Made by a program: the position numbers and the translations under genes
In this document: piece after piece, positions 1 through 12,689 of the stretch
Numbering within the stretch: position 1 is the stretch's first letter
How the letters are laid out: the number at the start of each line of letters is the position of its first letter
Assembly: GCF_001186125.1 (NCBI RefSeq)
Contig: NW_014040393.1
Coordinates: forward strand, 18,590 to 52,240
Reading direction: 5' to 3'
Source of the DNA: Sphaeroforma arctica JP610
Taxonomy: Eukaryota
DNA length: 33,651 nucleotides
The notes under the pieces: generated by a model
The model's input: only the letters and a program-made list of their open reading frames with translations
What the model was told of the DNA's origin: nothing
The model's database searches: none

Positions 1-49
1 ATATATATCTATATTTACATTTATATATTATATATTATATATTATATAT

Positions 50-81
<32 letters not shown>

Positions 82-120
82 TTATGTATGTATATATATA
101 TATATATATATATATTTATA
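1..120. repeat. (TA)n microsatellite
   Basis: Imperfect TA dinucleotide run seen directly. Confidence 0.95.
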
Positions 121-408
121 CAAGGTATTTTTTTTACCAATGATACTTGCTGAGCGTCGATGTTTCATTGAGGCGTTTCAATTTGCATCCCCATGCATTT
201 TAATCGTAGCTTGTATAAATTTTCATAGTACACCCTGGGGTCTTGACTCGGGTCAGAATTAGAGTAACAAAATTCTCTCATGTATAACACATCTTGCAAA
301 GCACAGGTCCGTTTCACGTACAATATTCGCCACCATACTCATCGTTTAACTGGCACCAACCCCTGGAATCGCGTAGACTACGGATTGTTTTGTTTTTTTT
401 TACCACAG

Positions 409-429
409 CGTCCAACAAACGCACCCTGA
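409..429 (+). CDS. SLC25A46: Probable 21-nt micro-exon of the SLC25A46-like gene (SNKRTL)
   Basis: Poly-T tract and CAG acceptor at 406-408, GTACGA donor at 430. The next intron (430-516) has an ACTAAC branch site at 477-482, and the phase matches exon 517. Confidence 0.5.
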   Translation, partial: RPTNAP

Positions 430-2667
430 GTACGAGTTTCTCCGTTCTATCTCTATAACTCGACTGCATTCTGTGAACTAACCTCCTCCGTATGACTACA
501 CCCACCGTATCTACAGCAAGGATACAGCGCTTGCTGGGCTTCAGCATAGGGTTAGTGTCCATCTCTGCCGAGCCGGTTCTCTCGCACCCTTTTATCGTAT
601 GTCGTCTACAACGACAGATGCACACAGTCGCACCTCTGGGTAGTGCGCGTAAAGATCCATTGCGGATGCTGAGGTGTGATAGGGTTTTAGGGTTTGCATA
701 TGCGTGTCTGTTGTGCTATGCCGCAGTATGGTAGGCATTCTAATGCTGAGGATATCCGTGTGCAAGTTCTTTGTGTGACCGTTAGGGTACATCTCTGAGT
801 GTCTGTTGTGCTGCTACCGTGTGTCCATAATTTCGGGCAAGCGTTGAGTTCGGGTGCGCTGTTGCGTTCGATGGGGTAGTGCACCCGATGGCCGTGTCCC
901 ATTTTGTTTGGGGTAAGGACCAACTATGTTCCATTTTGTTTGGAGTAAGGGCCAACTATGTCCCTTTTTGTTTGGGGTAAGGGCTAACTATGTCCCATTT
1001 GTTTGGGGTAAGGGCTAACTATGTCCCATTTGTTTGGGGTAAGGGCCAACTGTGTCCCGTTTGAGCACGAGGAGAATTAGTGGTCACCTGTGCGCGAGAA
1101 CCTAACTAGCTATCCCATATTTGGTAAAGCGTTGTCTACTTATGTTGGCACCCGTCTCGTGCACTGGTTCGTCCTAGAACTCCGCTCAGAAATGAAATGA
1201 GTTGAATTAAGCCGTTGTTTTGGAATACGTTAGTATACACGGGGCACGTACACACACCGGGGTCGTCCGAGTACCCAAGCCGAGCACAAAACCCAAGCCC
1301 ATAGGTACATATACACACGCATCAATCATAGGCGTATATACCTGTATGTATTTGTTTACTGGAGCTGATATACCTTGTATTTCGTCCCCATATAATGCAC
1401 ACAGGCACATGGATGGTGTGCTCGATAAGTATGGCCTGTGGGCACTCTACCAGGGGTTTGGCACCTTCATCACCATGAACACCTTATCCACCGTCGCATA
1501 CTTAACTGTGCGCGGGACGCTACAGGTATGTTAAGGCATCCGCCAACCACTGCCATGTTTATTAAGGTAGTCAGCGAGCCCTATACCATTTATACCTTAG
1601 ACAATGTATATGCATTATACATGTCCAGTAGACCTGCAAAGCGGAGATTTGGGTATTGCTTGATTTCATGGCAAGGGCACGTATTCCTAGGTATAGATGT
1701 CACGGTTGTGTTTTGTTCATGATATGCACGGTAATAAATCACAATGTGATAGTAAGTCAAATGTGGTAATAAATCACACGTACGTGTATGGCCACATGTG
1801 TGCAGAAATGCAACGTACGTGTGTAATTTTGAAGTGATGCCAATGAATGAGGACCACTGCTGTTCGATACTATTTGTTGTATGAGTGGTCGTACTAAGCA
1901 TGCCAAGGAGATGTGGGTTTGTGCACAGGCATTTTCCATGTCTCTTGCGGCCCGGCTATCTTGTATACTAAAATATACTATAAGTATGGCTTGTATACTG
2001 AAATAATAGGTCTATCTTGTATACTAAAATATACTATAAACCTGCTTTGTATACTAAAATGTACTGTAAGCCTGTCTTGTATACTAAAATATACTACAAG
2101 TCTATCTTGTACACTAAAATATACTATAGGTCTATCTTGTATACTAAAATAGAATATAAGTCTATATTGTATACTAAAATAAACTAAAAGTCTATCTTGT
2201 ATACTAAAATATACTATAAGTCTATCTTGTATACTAAAATGTACTATAAGTCTATCTTGTATACTAAAATATACTATAAGTCTATCTTGTATACTATACT
2301 ATACTATTTTATACTATACTATACTATACTATACTATACTATACTATACTATAAGTTGACGCTGCTAGTTACTTCCAAAGACGATGGAGTGTATACGTAG
2401 TTCTACCGCATCGCCCTTGTAGCGTTGACTATACCTTCATCATTTCCGACATGCTCTGTTCGTATTTCATTAAAATTCGTTTTATGTATGTGTATGTCAC
2501 GGAAACACAAATCACAAGCTCAGTCGTGTGTATATGTCTCATTATTGATGTCGTTCTACCCGTGGCACAACAGGGCATCTTCGGCGATCCGCTGGGAACA
2601 GAAGATGAGAATGACCTTGAACGTTCCTATACAAATGAAGGTGAGCAATTTACGATATATATATATA

Positions 2668-2700
<33 letters not shown>

Positions 2701-2763
2701 GTATATATATCTATATATGTATGTATGTATGTATATACGTATATACATATGTATATATATATA

Positions 2764-2831
<68 letters not shown>

Positions 2832-2839
2832 ATATATCA

Positions 2840-2882
<43 letters not shown>

Positions 2883-5647
2883 TGTGTGTGTGTGTATGTG
2901 TGTGTGTGTGTGTATACATATATATATCAGCCGGCGTCAACGCGCGTGCGTCTCCGACCGAATCGCCCCAAAATGTGTCGGCATTTGGCTTTGGCTGTCT
3001 ATTGCTCACTGTCTAGCCTTGACCCTAAAAAAACACCCCCAACATACATATTAATATAGCGCCCCCAATACATATTAAGAAAGTACCCGTAATAGATATT
3101 AACATATAGTAACCCAAAAACATATCAGCGTACCCACTTACCTATCTCTTTCTCTACTCTCTTACCTACCTCTTTCCCGCTCTTATTTATCCCTCACCCA
3201 ATCGCATCGCCCCAAACCCAGGCGTCCCCTATGCGGCGGTGCTCTCCACTCTCCTACAGCGTAGCCTCAGTGCCATGGCCACGTTACCCTTCTACGCCGC
3301 AACCATTGTGTGTCTAGTACGCGACTGCACACACTCCCTCCCCGCGCCACAGCACATGAGCATGTGGTGCACACTGTTCCGGCAGGTCCCGAGCGCAGTA
3401 GTGGGCAATTGTAGAGGAGTGGCCACTGTGGCGGTGGCTGTGGCTGGGACTGGGGTGGGTGGGCGTGTGGGGATGATCCCGCTGTATCGCCTGGCGCTGC
3501 CGTTTGCGCTTACGGTGTTGGTGAATGATACGTTTGAAGAGTTCTTTACGTTTGCGTCGTTCACTCATCTGATGGGGATGGTCCTGGGCGACTCGGCTGA
3601 GGTGTGTCTGTGCACTCACGCCTGTGTGGAGTTGTTCTGAGTTTGTGCGATATAATACCTGGCCGTAAGGCGGAAAGTATGTGTGTGTGTGTATGGATGA
3701 GGCTGCGGGTGAGTGTCTTGTGTGATGGTATGCATGTGCATAGGGAGTTGGGGGCTGTGTATTGCTGCCAGTAGACACGGATGCTTTGTTCACATTTGTG
3801 CGGTGTTTGTTGCTGTCTGTTGTTTTGGGTGTACTTGATGTTATCAGCCGGTGACGGACAATGCTCACTCAGATCCATTGCACAGTCAGGTGCGGTGCAT
3901 TTACATCTAAAATGTAAACGGCTTGACAGCGCTATTTGTATAGAGTGTAACGTATTGCTTGGTGTGCTTAATATACAAAGTGTAATCATACGTGAGAATC
4001 TTGTCTGTGTGTGTTCGACATAACGGCTGCGTGCATATGAATTCGGAGCCCTGTTTTCAGTTCGGAACTTTCTATTTCTATGTGCGTCATCAAGGCTGGA
4101 CAAAGGACAAGTGAAGATCCACTAAACGAAGCTAAAAGTAACTCCACCCTCTCTCCTCAACACACGTACCAATCAGACCGACAAGCCCAGCACAGGCGGT
4201 AGCCTCAACTCGACCGACGGCACCGGCATGCGTGTGGGCCGCACTCACAATGTCACAGACCCACCCATCACTCATTTAGACAACGAGAGCTGGGACGACT
4301 TCTCAGTCACACAAGCACACTCCACGCTCGGTGAAAGGCCGCACACGCCCGTTAACGGCTTCTTCAATGGCGGTGCCCATGGGATCGCTACTGGTGACGA
4401 GCCTCGCGGGGGGGGTGGAGCGTACCAGGACGATTTGCCGTCGCACACCTCAGCGGATGTGGAGAAGGATACGCAGTAAGTGGAGTAACGCACGTATGTC
4501 TGTGTGATGTGGTGTGTGTGTGGGGTGTGATGTGGTGTGTGTGTGGGGTGTGATGTGGTGTGTGTGTGGGTGTGATGTGGTGTGTGTGTGGGGTGTGATG
4601 TTGTGTGGTGTGGAGCGTGTGTGTGGTATGATGTGTGTGTATGTGTGTGTGTGTGGTGCGGTGTGGTGTGGTGTGGTGCGTGTGTGTGGTGTGATGTGTG
4701 TGTGTGGTGTGGTGTGGTGTGGTGTGATGCGTGTGGTTTGGTGTGGTATGTGTGTGTGGTGTGATGTATGTATGGTTTGGTGTGGTATGTGTGTGTGGTG
4801 GTGTGTGTGAAGTGTGTGGTGTGATGTGTGGTTGGCGTACGAGTGTGTGTATGGGTGTATGTGGAGAGTTCACACTTGATGTGGATGTGTACGCGGTGTT
4901 TGTGGGTGTTTTACAGGGTGCTGTAATGTGGGGGAAAGGGTTTTTGCGATGCGTGTGGTTGCAATTGTGAGTGTACCTGTGATGTAATTTGGTGTACACG
5001 TGGTACACTTTAGTTTCAATGCAATCGGCTATTGAACTCTCGATCAAAACTTCTTCTTCCACTCCATGTTTTATTTGAATTACTAAATTCATCGGCAATT
5101 ATAAGTCAGCGTTTCTGTATTGCGTGCACCCGACTTTATTTGTTCCACAATCCCGATAAACTTGTACCTTAATTCTATGCCACTCGAATTAAACCACCTG
5201 GCGAGTTGTCGTATATCAATCTCACATCCACGCTTCTAATGTTGCTCTGAGCCCCGGATTCAACAACTGCACCTCTGAAGCGTGCATGTCTAGGGCGTTG
5301 GCTGGCACACGGTCACTGTCTGTTAGTAATTTGTATGCACCTGCGACCGTGTGAAATGGACCTCATGGCATAGGAATGGAGTCCAATCTGATCTGTGCAG
5401 GTCGTGCATTTTAATCCGAGTTTATGACCCACAAACCGCGTTCGCTGACGTCTGTGACTGTCCTACTATTTTCCGCACAGGGGAGATAAACCAGTGGGCA
5501 CGGAGGCCCTGTTGGCCTTCGTCCCTGATTTGTTGAGTACGTTTGTGGGTTCATTGACCTCGGAGTTCCTCACGTACCCGCTGTGGGTTGTGCTGAACCG
5601 ACTGATTGTACAGGGCAATGGCTGTCTGATTGTGGACACGATTTCAG
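409..5647 (+). CDS. SLC25A46: SLC25A46-like mitochondrial outer-membrane carrier-family protein, spliced, incomplete at both ends. Exons: 409-429 (tentative), 517-673, 1405-1525, 2574-2640, 3222-3601, 4177-4475, 5481-5647
   Basis: Translated exons resemble, in order, motifs recalled from human SLC25A46: [27 protein letters not shown] (cf. [27 protein letters not shown]); [11 protein letters not shown] (GPRALWKGMGS); [16 protein letters not shown] (SLTYVVAMPFYSASLI); [10 protein letters not shown] (LLPLLSLIFP); [33 protein letters not shown] ([33 protein letters not shown]). All six junctions are GT-AG with matching phases (1,2,0,1,0,2). Confidence 0.88.
517..673 (+). CDS. SLC25A46: SLC25A46-like exon ([14 protein letters not shown]...[11 protein letters not shown])
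   Basis: CTACAG acceptor at 511-516, AG|GTGTGA donor at 674, carrier-signature-like [11 protein letters not shown]. Confidence 0.88.
897..1062. repeat. Intronic minisatellite, ~31-33-bp unit, ~5 copies (CCCATTTGTTTGGGGTAAGGGCYAACTATGT)
   Basis: Head-to-tail copies without spacers, seen directly. Confidence 0.92.
1405..1525 (+). CDS. SLC25A46: SLC25A46-like exon ([21 protein letters not shown]...)
   Basis: ACACAG acceptor, CAG|GTATGT donor, carrier motif G..ALYQG, in phase with both neighbouring exons. Confidence 0.88.
1957..2355. repeat. Intronic 30-bp minisatellite (TCTATCTTGTATACTAAAATATACTATAAG, ~11 copies) grading into (ATACT)n
   Basis: Seen directly; no unique spacers. Confidence 0.95.
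2574..2640 (+). CDS. SLC25A46: SLC25A46-like exon ([22 protein letters not shown])
   Basis: CAACAG acceptor, AAG|GTGAGC donor. Phases 0/1 bridge exons 1405-1525 and 3222-3601 exactly. Confidence 0.75.
2655..2927. repeat. Compound (TA)n/(TATATG)n/(TG)n microsatellite
   Basis: Seen directly. Confidence 0.95.
3222..3601 (+). CDS. SLC25A46: SLC25A46-like exon ([27 protein letters not shown]...GDSAE)
   Basis: CCCAG acceptor after a pyrimidine-rich tract, GAG|GTGTGT donor, PFY motif and IPLYRLALP motif. Confidence 0.87.
4177..4475 (+). CDS. SLC25A46: SLC25A46-like exon encoding a ~100-aa polar loop
   Basis: ATCAG acceptor, GTAAGT donor at 4476, open frame. Phases 0/2 are the ones needed to link the flanking conserved exons. 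No conserved motif of its own. Confidence 0.7.
4500..4865. repeat. Degenerate (TG)n/(GGTGT)n low-complexity repeat
   Basis: Seen directly; intronic. Confidence 0.92.
5481..5647 (+). CDS. SLC25A46: SLC25A46-like exon ([18 protein letters not shown]...[24 protein letters not shown]); not in the supplied ORF track
   Basis: TTTTCCGCACAG acceptor, GCTGAC branch site near 5444, CAG|GTATGT donor, third carrier repeat YPL..VL.RL.VQG. Confidence 0.9.
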
Positions 5648-5679
5648 GTATGTGTAATGGGTGACCTGTTTGTGGACAC

Positions 5680-6052
5680 GGTTTTAGGTGTGTGTTCGGG
5701 TTTCAGGTGTGTGTTCTGGTTTTAGGTGTGTGTTCTGGTTTCAGGTGTGTGTTTTGGTTTTAGGTGTGTGCTCTGGTTTCAGGTGTGTGTTCTGGTTTTA
5801 GGGGTGTGCTCTGGTTTTAGGTGTGTGCTCTGGTTTTAGGTGTGTGTTCTGGTTTCAGGTGTGTGTTCTGGTTTTAAGGGTGTGCTCTGGTTTTAGGTGT
5901 GTGCTCTGGTTTTAGGTGTGTGTTTTGGTTTTAGGTGTGTGCTCTGGTTTCAGATGTGTGTTCTGGTTTCAGGTGTGTGTTCTGGTTTTAGGGGTGTGCT
6001 CTGGTTTTAGGTGTGTGCTCTGGTTTTAGGTGTGTGTTCTGGTTTCAGGTGT
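5680..6052. repeat. 19-bp minisatellite (GGTTTYAGGTGTGTGYTCT), ~19 copies
   Basis: Seen directly. It begins inside a 40-bp tandem duplication of the exon end and splice donor. Confidence 0.95.
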
Positions 6053-9000
6053 ATGCTGGGCACATACGGCATGACTTGGCATTGTACTGCGGGTTTTGCA
6101 GATGGCCCGCTCTTAATTCGTCCACTTCCTATTTCACCATCCAATTTTCAATGATTGTTTTTACTCTAGGCATCATAACCGTGGCTGGTTGTTGTAGCCT
6201 TTCACCACGTACTATTCTTGCTTTCTTTTTCTTTTTTCTGGTGGTTTTTTTTTGTCGTTTGTCTAAGAATCTTGAGTAGAAGTGTGACTAGTTGTTGTAG
6301 CACTCGTGATGTGATTCGCGTTGAGTCGTTACCGCACTTTTGGAGGGAGTATCTCTTGCTGTTGCTTTAAGACACGCACACAGTTTATAGGCAGTGATCT
6401 CCTATGGAGAAATTTAAATTGCTTCTCAATACTTCAGCCTGTATACTGTCGTCGAACATATTTCTACTACGAATGTGTCCAGATCGATTCTCAGCCACAG
6501 GATTTCAAGAGCATCAATGCCTATTGCCTGAATATATTTTATGTGAGCACATCCGATTATATACATACTGTTGTGCGGTTTTCCTTGTATTTTCGTATGA
6601 CTTTCATTTATTGAATCTTATTTATATCAACTTGCCTTTAATGTCATGGTATATTGAAGTCTTTGCGTCAAAACCTATCGTTGTGATTTTACGATTGTAT
6701 AGTTGTATGCATTGCTCAAGAAATCATTCAACGCGAACAATGGCTTGTAGATACTTGTTGTACTCGCAAAATAGCTACTGTCTACTAGTATAAACTCCAA
6801 TCCACATTTCCATCCCTTCCCTTTCTATTCCCAAATGTAAAGGCCGTGGCCTGGTGCCAGTGGATTTCAATTATACTGGCTATTGGAATTGTGTTTCCAC
6901 AATCTGGTCTGAGGAGGGAATATTCGGGTATGTTTGCCACAATACATGTATTCAGATGTGTACCTGCTAGCTTTTCAGCGTTTTATATAGCACTCAAAGC
7001 ATACAGGCGTATACTATCAAACTCTTCTCCAATTAAAACTTATGTGTGTAGTTAGTACAGACGGTGACACCACTCTGGTCGTAAAGCATTGGGTGGCAGT
7101 ACACCAGCCGCGACCTCAAGAAGTTTATTATTTGTGTACGGGTTAGGGATGTGCTCTTGGTTACTGCAGTAAAGTAGAACCTGAGTTGTGGGATAGTAGG
7201 AAGTAACAGATCACTTTACAGTTGATGTTGAAAATTAAAGTTTGACTTGAAGGAAGGCTAATACGTATATACTTCACTATCGGCGATAGCTACAACAACG
7301 GCGAAATCTGTCGGTGCATGTTTGCTATTTATTTGTATCTATTGTGAATGTTGCCAATTCACTTCACATTCCTGCGTCGCATTTGCAATCAAAATATGTG
7401 CTTTAGTTTACGTTAGGTTCATTCGATCACGTATACCCGGATAACATTCAGTGACATGGCGAAGTCCGACTCAGCCGCATCAACGCTTCTTTTAATTAGC
7501 CAGTTGAGTTTATTGAGATATATCGATGTGAATTTAATTTCCCGTTCTAACTAAATTGAACTTCAAATTAACTTCTCAAACAGGTTTTACAGGGGATTTT
7601 CGGCTTTCACGTATCAATATGGAGCCCATCTGATACTGTTGAAGATAACGATTTCCGCCTACAAGTACTTCTCGGATGTTTTTGTGCCACCCCCACCCCC
7701 ACAACAACCGGAGAACAGGGGTCCACAGCGAAGTGCTAATCCTGCTCCATGGAGAGACAGTGTTTAAATAGCGACAGTAGAAGTAACTCGGTGAATTTTG
7801 CACCTGCAGAGCCCTTTCGCTTCATATCCCTTTGTATGAAAAAATATATAAGTGCAATCCAAATGGAGGGATGCGTTTGTGGTGAATGGAAGGAATCATC
7901 CCAGAAGGTCTGCCGTGCAAATTGCATCAGATGAGAAGACTACACGAAATGATAGAATAGAAAAATATTAATGATGATGTAGAATAGAGCGTCTTGAGAT
8001 TTAAGAGTATAAAGCTAACAATATTTAATCACCTTTATGTTCAGTGCGCATAACGACCATACCATAATCATTTATATACTGTATCGAGAACAACATGAAC
8101 GTATTATTGTAAGTCGGACGTGAACACGTATCAGGTATTAAAATTAAGAATAACGCATGGATATATTTCAGTACATTTAGTACGCATAAACATTTCATTG
8201 GCAACGTTACGCCTAGCAGATGGAAAACGAAGTGAAGAGTAGCAACAAGTATGCTCAAAATACTGTGGAAACTCGACTCGAAATTCCAATTGTCTTGTAT
8301 CCATGCCATATGATAATCTGAGCAGAGTACTATTATACCCATAAACCCCACCAACTTGAGTTTGACTACAGACGTTGGGCTTCTCCAAAGGTAGGGCGAC
8401 TTCTTCCGACATCACAAAACGAAGAATGTGCCACTTAAAAGACAAAAGTGGCGTATGATACTTAAAGTTATTCCTATATCTCTCACAGTATTGGCTGGTA
8501 TCTGGTGATCTGCTTGGGTCTGTACTTGTTGAGTATACCACCAAAAACTAACTCGAATATTTTGTACTGACGAAAATAAGTGCGAACTGTATAATGCCTG
8601 ACTCGGATCTGGAACTGAACCCAATTGCTCAGAATGATTGACTGGGTTACACGTGTTGCCATTTTCCATGGATGTAATAAATATCCTACCAAGATCGAGA
8701 ATGGCTCAACTCCGTGTACTGCCAATGTTGATGGATAGTTATCGATTGCTAGAACTTGTTCGTCGCCGTTTACTTTAGGGTTTACTATCGAATGAATTGT
8801 TTTTAATGGAATTTTTAACTTCTGGGAAGGGTCTATCACTTGGATATGCAGTTTATTTTATGCGCATGCGACAATTCCTTATACCTTGCTCGTGTAAATT
8901 TTTCTTTGGAAGATCCGGTTTTCATTATTGATTAATTAATTTCTCACTGAGTAAAGCGTCCGTGTTTGATGAGTATTCTGACTAGGGTAAAATTAGAATT

Positions 9001-9443
9001 GACTATACAAATGACTACCAGGTTGCTAGTTCAACCCTGTATACGAAAGTTCTAAGAATGGGCCCCCTAAATAGTGCATGCGTATGTTCGTTACTTCTTG
9101 TAGGATTGTACTTTGTTCGGTTGTATAGGGGTGCAAGTATGCGATTTTAGGAATTTGATCGAATGCAAGGTGCTTTCCACAAATGTATCGCACTATTGCG
9201 AATATGAATCCTGATGTGCATGTAGATATAATAATTGACTCCAAATCGAAATGAATATTATTATCCCTTTAGCTCGCGCATTGATCATAGCATGTAGTTA
9301 TCATTCCATAATAGTCCCTCCCACCACTAGCACGAATTGCTCACTTCATGTGTCGCTGCATTTTTAAATTTGGAGATATATTTATATATATATATATACA
9401 TATATATTATATCTATCAATATATATATATATATATATATATA

Positions 9444-10323
9444 NNNNNNNNNNNNNNNNNNNNNNNNNNNNNNNNNNNNNNNNNNNNNNNNNNNNNNNNN
9501 NNNNNNNNNNNNNNNNNNNNNNNNNNNNNNNNNNNNNNNNNNNNNNNNNNNNNNNNNNNNNNNNNNNNNNNNNNNNNNNNNNNNNNNNNNNNNNNNNNNN
9601 NNNNNNNNNNNNNNNNNNNNNNNNNNNNNNNNNNNNNNNNNNNNNNNNNNNNNNNNNNNNNNNNNNNNNNNNNNNNNNNNNNNNNNNNNNNNNNNNNNNN
9701 NNNNNNNNNNNNNNNNNNNNNNNNNNNNNNNNNNNNNNNNNNNNNNNNNNNNNNNNNNNNNNNNNNNNNNNNNNNNNNNNNNNNNNNNNNNNNNNNNNNN
9801 NNNNNNNNNNNNNNNNNNNNNNNNNNNNNNNNNNNNNNNNNNNNNNNNNNNNNNNNNNNNNNNNNNNNNNNNNNNNNNNNNNNNNNNNNNNNNNNNNNNN
9901 NNNNNNNNNNNNNNNNNNNNNNNNNNNNNNNNNNNNNNNNNNNNNNNNNNNNNNNNNNNNNNNNNNNNNNNNNNNNNNNNNNNNNNNNNNNNNNNNNNNN
10001 NNNNNNNNNNNNNNNNNNNNNNNNNNNNNNNNNNNNNNNNNNNNNNNNNNNNNNNNNNNNNNNNNNNNNNNNNNNNNNNNNNNNNNNNNNNNNNNNNNNN
10101 NNNNNNNNNNNNNNNNNNNNNNNNNNNNNNNNNNNNNNNNNNNNNNNNNNNNNNNNNNNNNNNNNNNNNNNNNNNNNNNNNNNNNNNNNNNNNNNNNNNN
10201 NNNNNNNNNNNNNNNNNNNNNNNNNNNNNNNNNNNNNNNNNNNNNNNNNNNNNNNNNNNNNNNNNNNNNNNNNNNNNNNNNNNNNNNNNNNNNNNNNNNN
10301 NNNNNNNNNNNNNNNNNNNNNNN
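9444..10323. other. Assembly gap (880 N) flanked by (TA)n, (TTACG)n and (TG)n repeats
   Basis: N run seen directly. Confidence 0.99.
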
Positions 10324-10325
10324 CC

Positions 10326-10473
<148 letters not shown>

Positions 10474-12689
10474 TCTACTTGCTCACACGAAACATGCTGA
10501 AAATGATGCGAAGGACTCCAATTGCAAATCCAGAGTGTATTCACATTTCAGCGCCAGTGAATAATCGTCGAGAGAAAGTGTTTCGAAACCAAAAATAGAA
10601 TATATATCAACACTCTCCAGTTGTACTTAGGATACTCTTATTTATTTCAATATGGCAGTAGCAAGTAGAATCCTTGTTTTTTATTATAAATACAAGTGCG
10701 AAAAAGTACTGTAACTCTTACTGCATCGGCTCAATTTAGTATTTTAACGGTTGGTTGTATGGACGAAGCCCCGTAGAACAACGACCCTAGGTGTGGTTGT
10801 TTCGTATAGTAATGGCGACAAGTTGTGCTTCATGACAGAATTGGAAAGTAACAAACAAAAGAATTAGTATCATCAACTTACACTTTTTCAACGTGTTAAG
10901 GGACGCGAAGACGTTAAACACATATGCTGAAATTTGAAGGTCTCATATGCTTTGAAATCCATTTCCTTGGTAATCGAGAAGAGTTGTTGGCATATCAAAG
11001 CTTGGAGATTGGGTGTGTGGATATTTCGGATCAATGGGTATAAAAAAAGCTTATGGACACTTTCAATTAAAATATGATCAATGCGATAGGTACAACAACC
11101 CGTCTTAAAAACAAGTACATGTCAAAATTACAGCTGAAATGTCTATACACCCATTGCAATTATTTCATCTATTCCCAAAAATGAAGTGTGCCATAGTGCC
11201 TGATGGTGTCTTACTTAGATAGATTAACAACCAGAATCCTTCAAATATATGGGAAAGCACTCTTCCATGAGCAAAAGATGATCGTCCTTTGCGGTGAAAC
11301 AGTGTACCTGCCAGATATGTCGGATATTTCGGGTGTGACAGTATAGAGGAAACTGGAAGGAATTCGGGTCGGATGGTCCACTCATATACTCTAAGTATGC
11401 TCACATCTTCATACACCGGAAGTGAAATAGGGTTCAAAAGAACATGTAGACGTTGTTTGCCATTGTTATATTCTCCCGTCCTCTGTGAGGGTACCGGTCG
11501 TACCTCTACATCAACAGTTGGTGTGATTTTCCAAGAGAATACAAATTCGCCGACACTCGTATCAGTTCGTCATAACTTGAAAACGATAGGTTTTTAAGTG
11601 TCAACAAGTATCCGTGGTGTACTGATGGCGAACAACTGCGAAGAAATTTACGCAAGATGGCTGTCATATACCACTTGAATCTAAAACTTACACTACGGCT
11701 TATTTACAATAGAATGTATTTCGTTGCAGCAATACATTATGTGGCATAGCAAAAGCAACACATTTATAGTTCCGGTATCTAATATTTTGGATTGGCAATC
11801 TCAAAAAACAATGGCTAGCAGCAACCAGCTTATTTATAAGGTTCCTGCGCTTCAATGCCACCGTTTGGTATGTCATAAAAGAGTATGCTTTGCCACCGCC
11901 AGTAAGAATAATACTACAGCGCAACGCGGCACCACGCCAGCATATATATATATATAATTTCTTCAATAAAGGGTGTGCTGTGTGATGATATCAACACACA
12001 TAAATATAAATGAAGGCAACAGTATATACCGACACGCTCAAATCGAAGCATATGCATCCCTTGTATAGCTCAACGAAAGACGCAGCCCGATCCTGATTTT
12101 ACGATTCATTTTGCCGAGTAATTACACCTGGAATACTATTAATTGTTGCCGACAGAGATTGAAATAAGAAACTACGGGGTTGTTTCGAGAGTATCTGGTC
12201 GAGGTCTTTACCCGGTTTCTCAGACCAGTACAGATAAACACCAGCTTGAGTTGAATGTCAAATGAAAACTTAAGGTAGAAGAAAGCTTTCAAGTACTGAA
12301 TAAGAGATGAAGACCATTCGACCTCATTTACACAGCTTGGGATTGAATGCTGAAAAAAAACTGAAGGTAGCAAAATGCCTTCAAATGAAGTATCAACCGA
12401 CTGGATCAAGACCGCTTGATCTCATTTGCAATTTCAAACAGCTATTTGCAACATCATTTTCGCAAGAGTTTTGGATTTGCTTGTCTGAAGCTTCGGTTAC
12501 AAGACGTGCATGTAATGATGATATCGATCAACCGTTTATTTCTCGTCGTAGTGAACCGAAGCTTTCCAATGTGGGGATTTCTGTACGAGCTTTTCCATCG
12601 GTCAACGAATTCGACAAACAAGGATAGACCGTTTTTTTCTCTTCCTATTATTCAAATGCAAGATGGTGTTAGAGGCAATACTGCGCTAT

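Noticed and set aside
314..625. Minus-strand ORF with a faint Ulp1-like look (KRCILAVD...QLNDEYGG)
   Set aside because: Catalytic His and Cys are absent, and it is the antisense shadow of well-supported SLC25A46-like exons.
897..2355. ~30-bp repeat arrays as possible CRISPR arrays
   Set aside because: Units are head-to-tail with no unique spacers, there are no cas genes, and they lie in spliceosomal introns.
2931..3016. Alternative phase-1 exon after the microsatellite
   Set aside because: It hits a stop with no good donor, whereas the acceptor at 3221 gives an in-frame conserved product.
2425..3059. Long YI/CV-rich ORFs (also 4388-5098 and 9337-10598)
   Set aside because: Artefacts of microsatellites or N runs; only 2574-2640 is coding.
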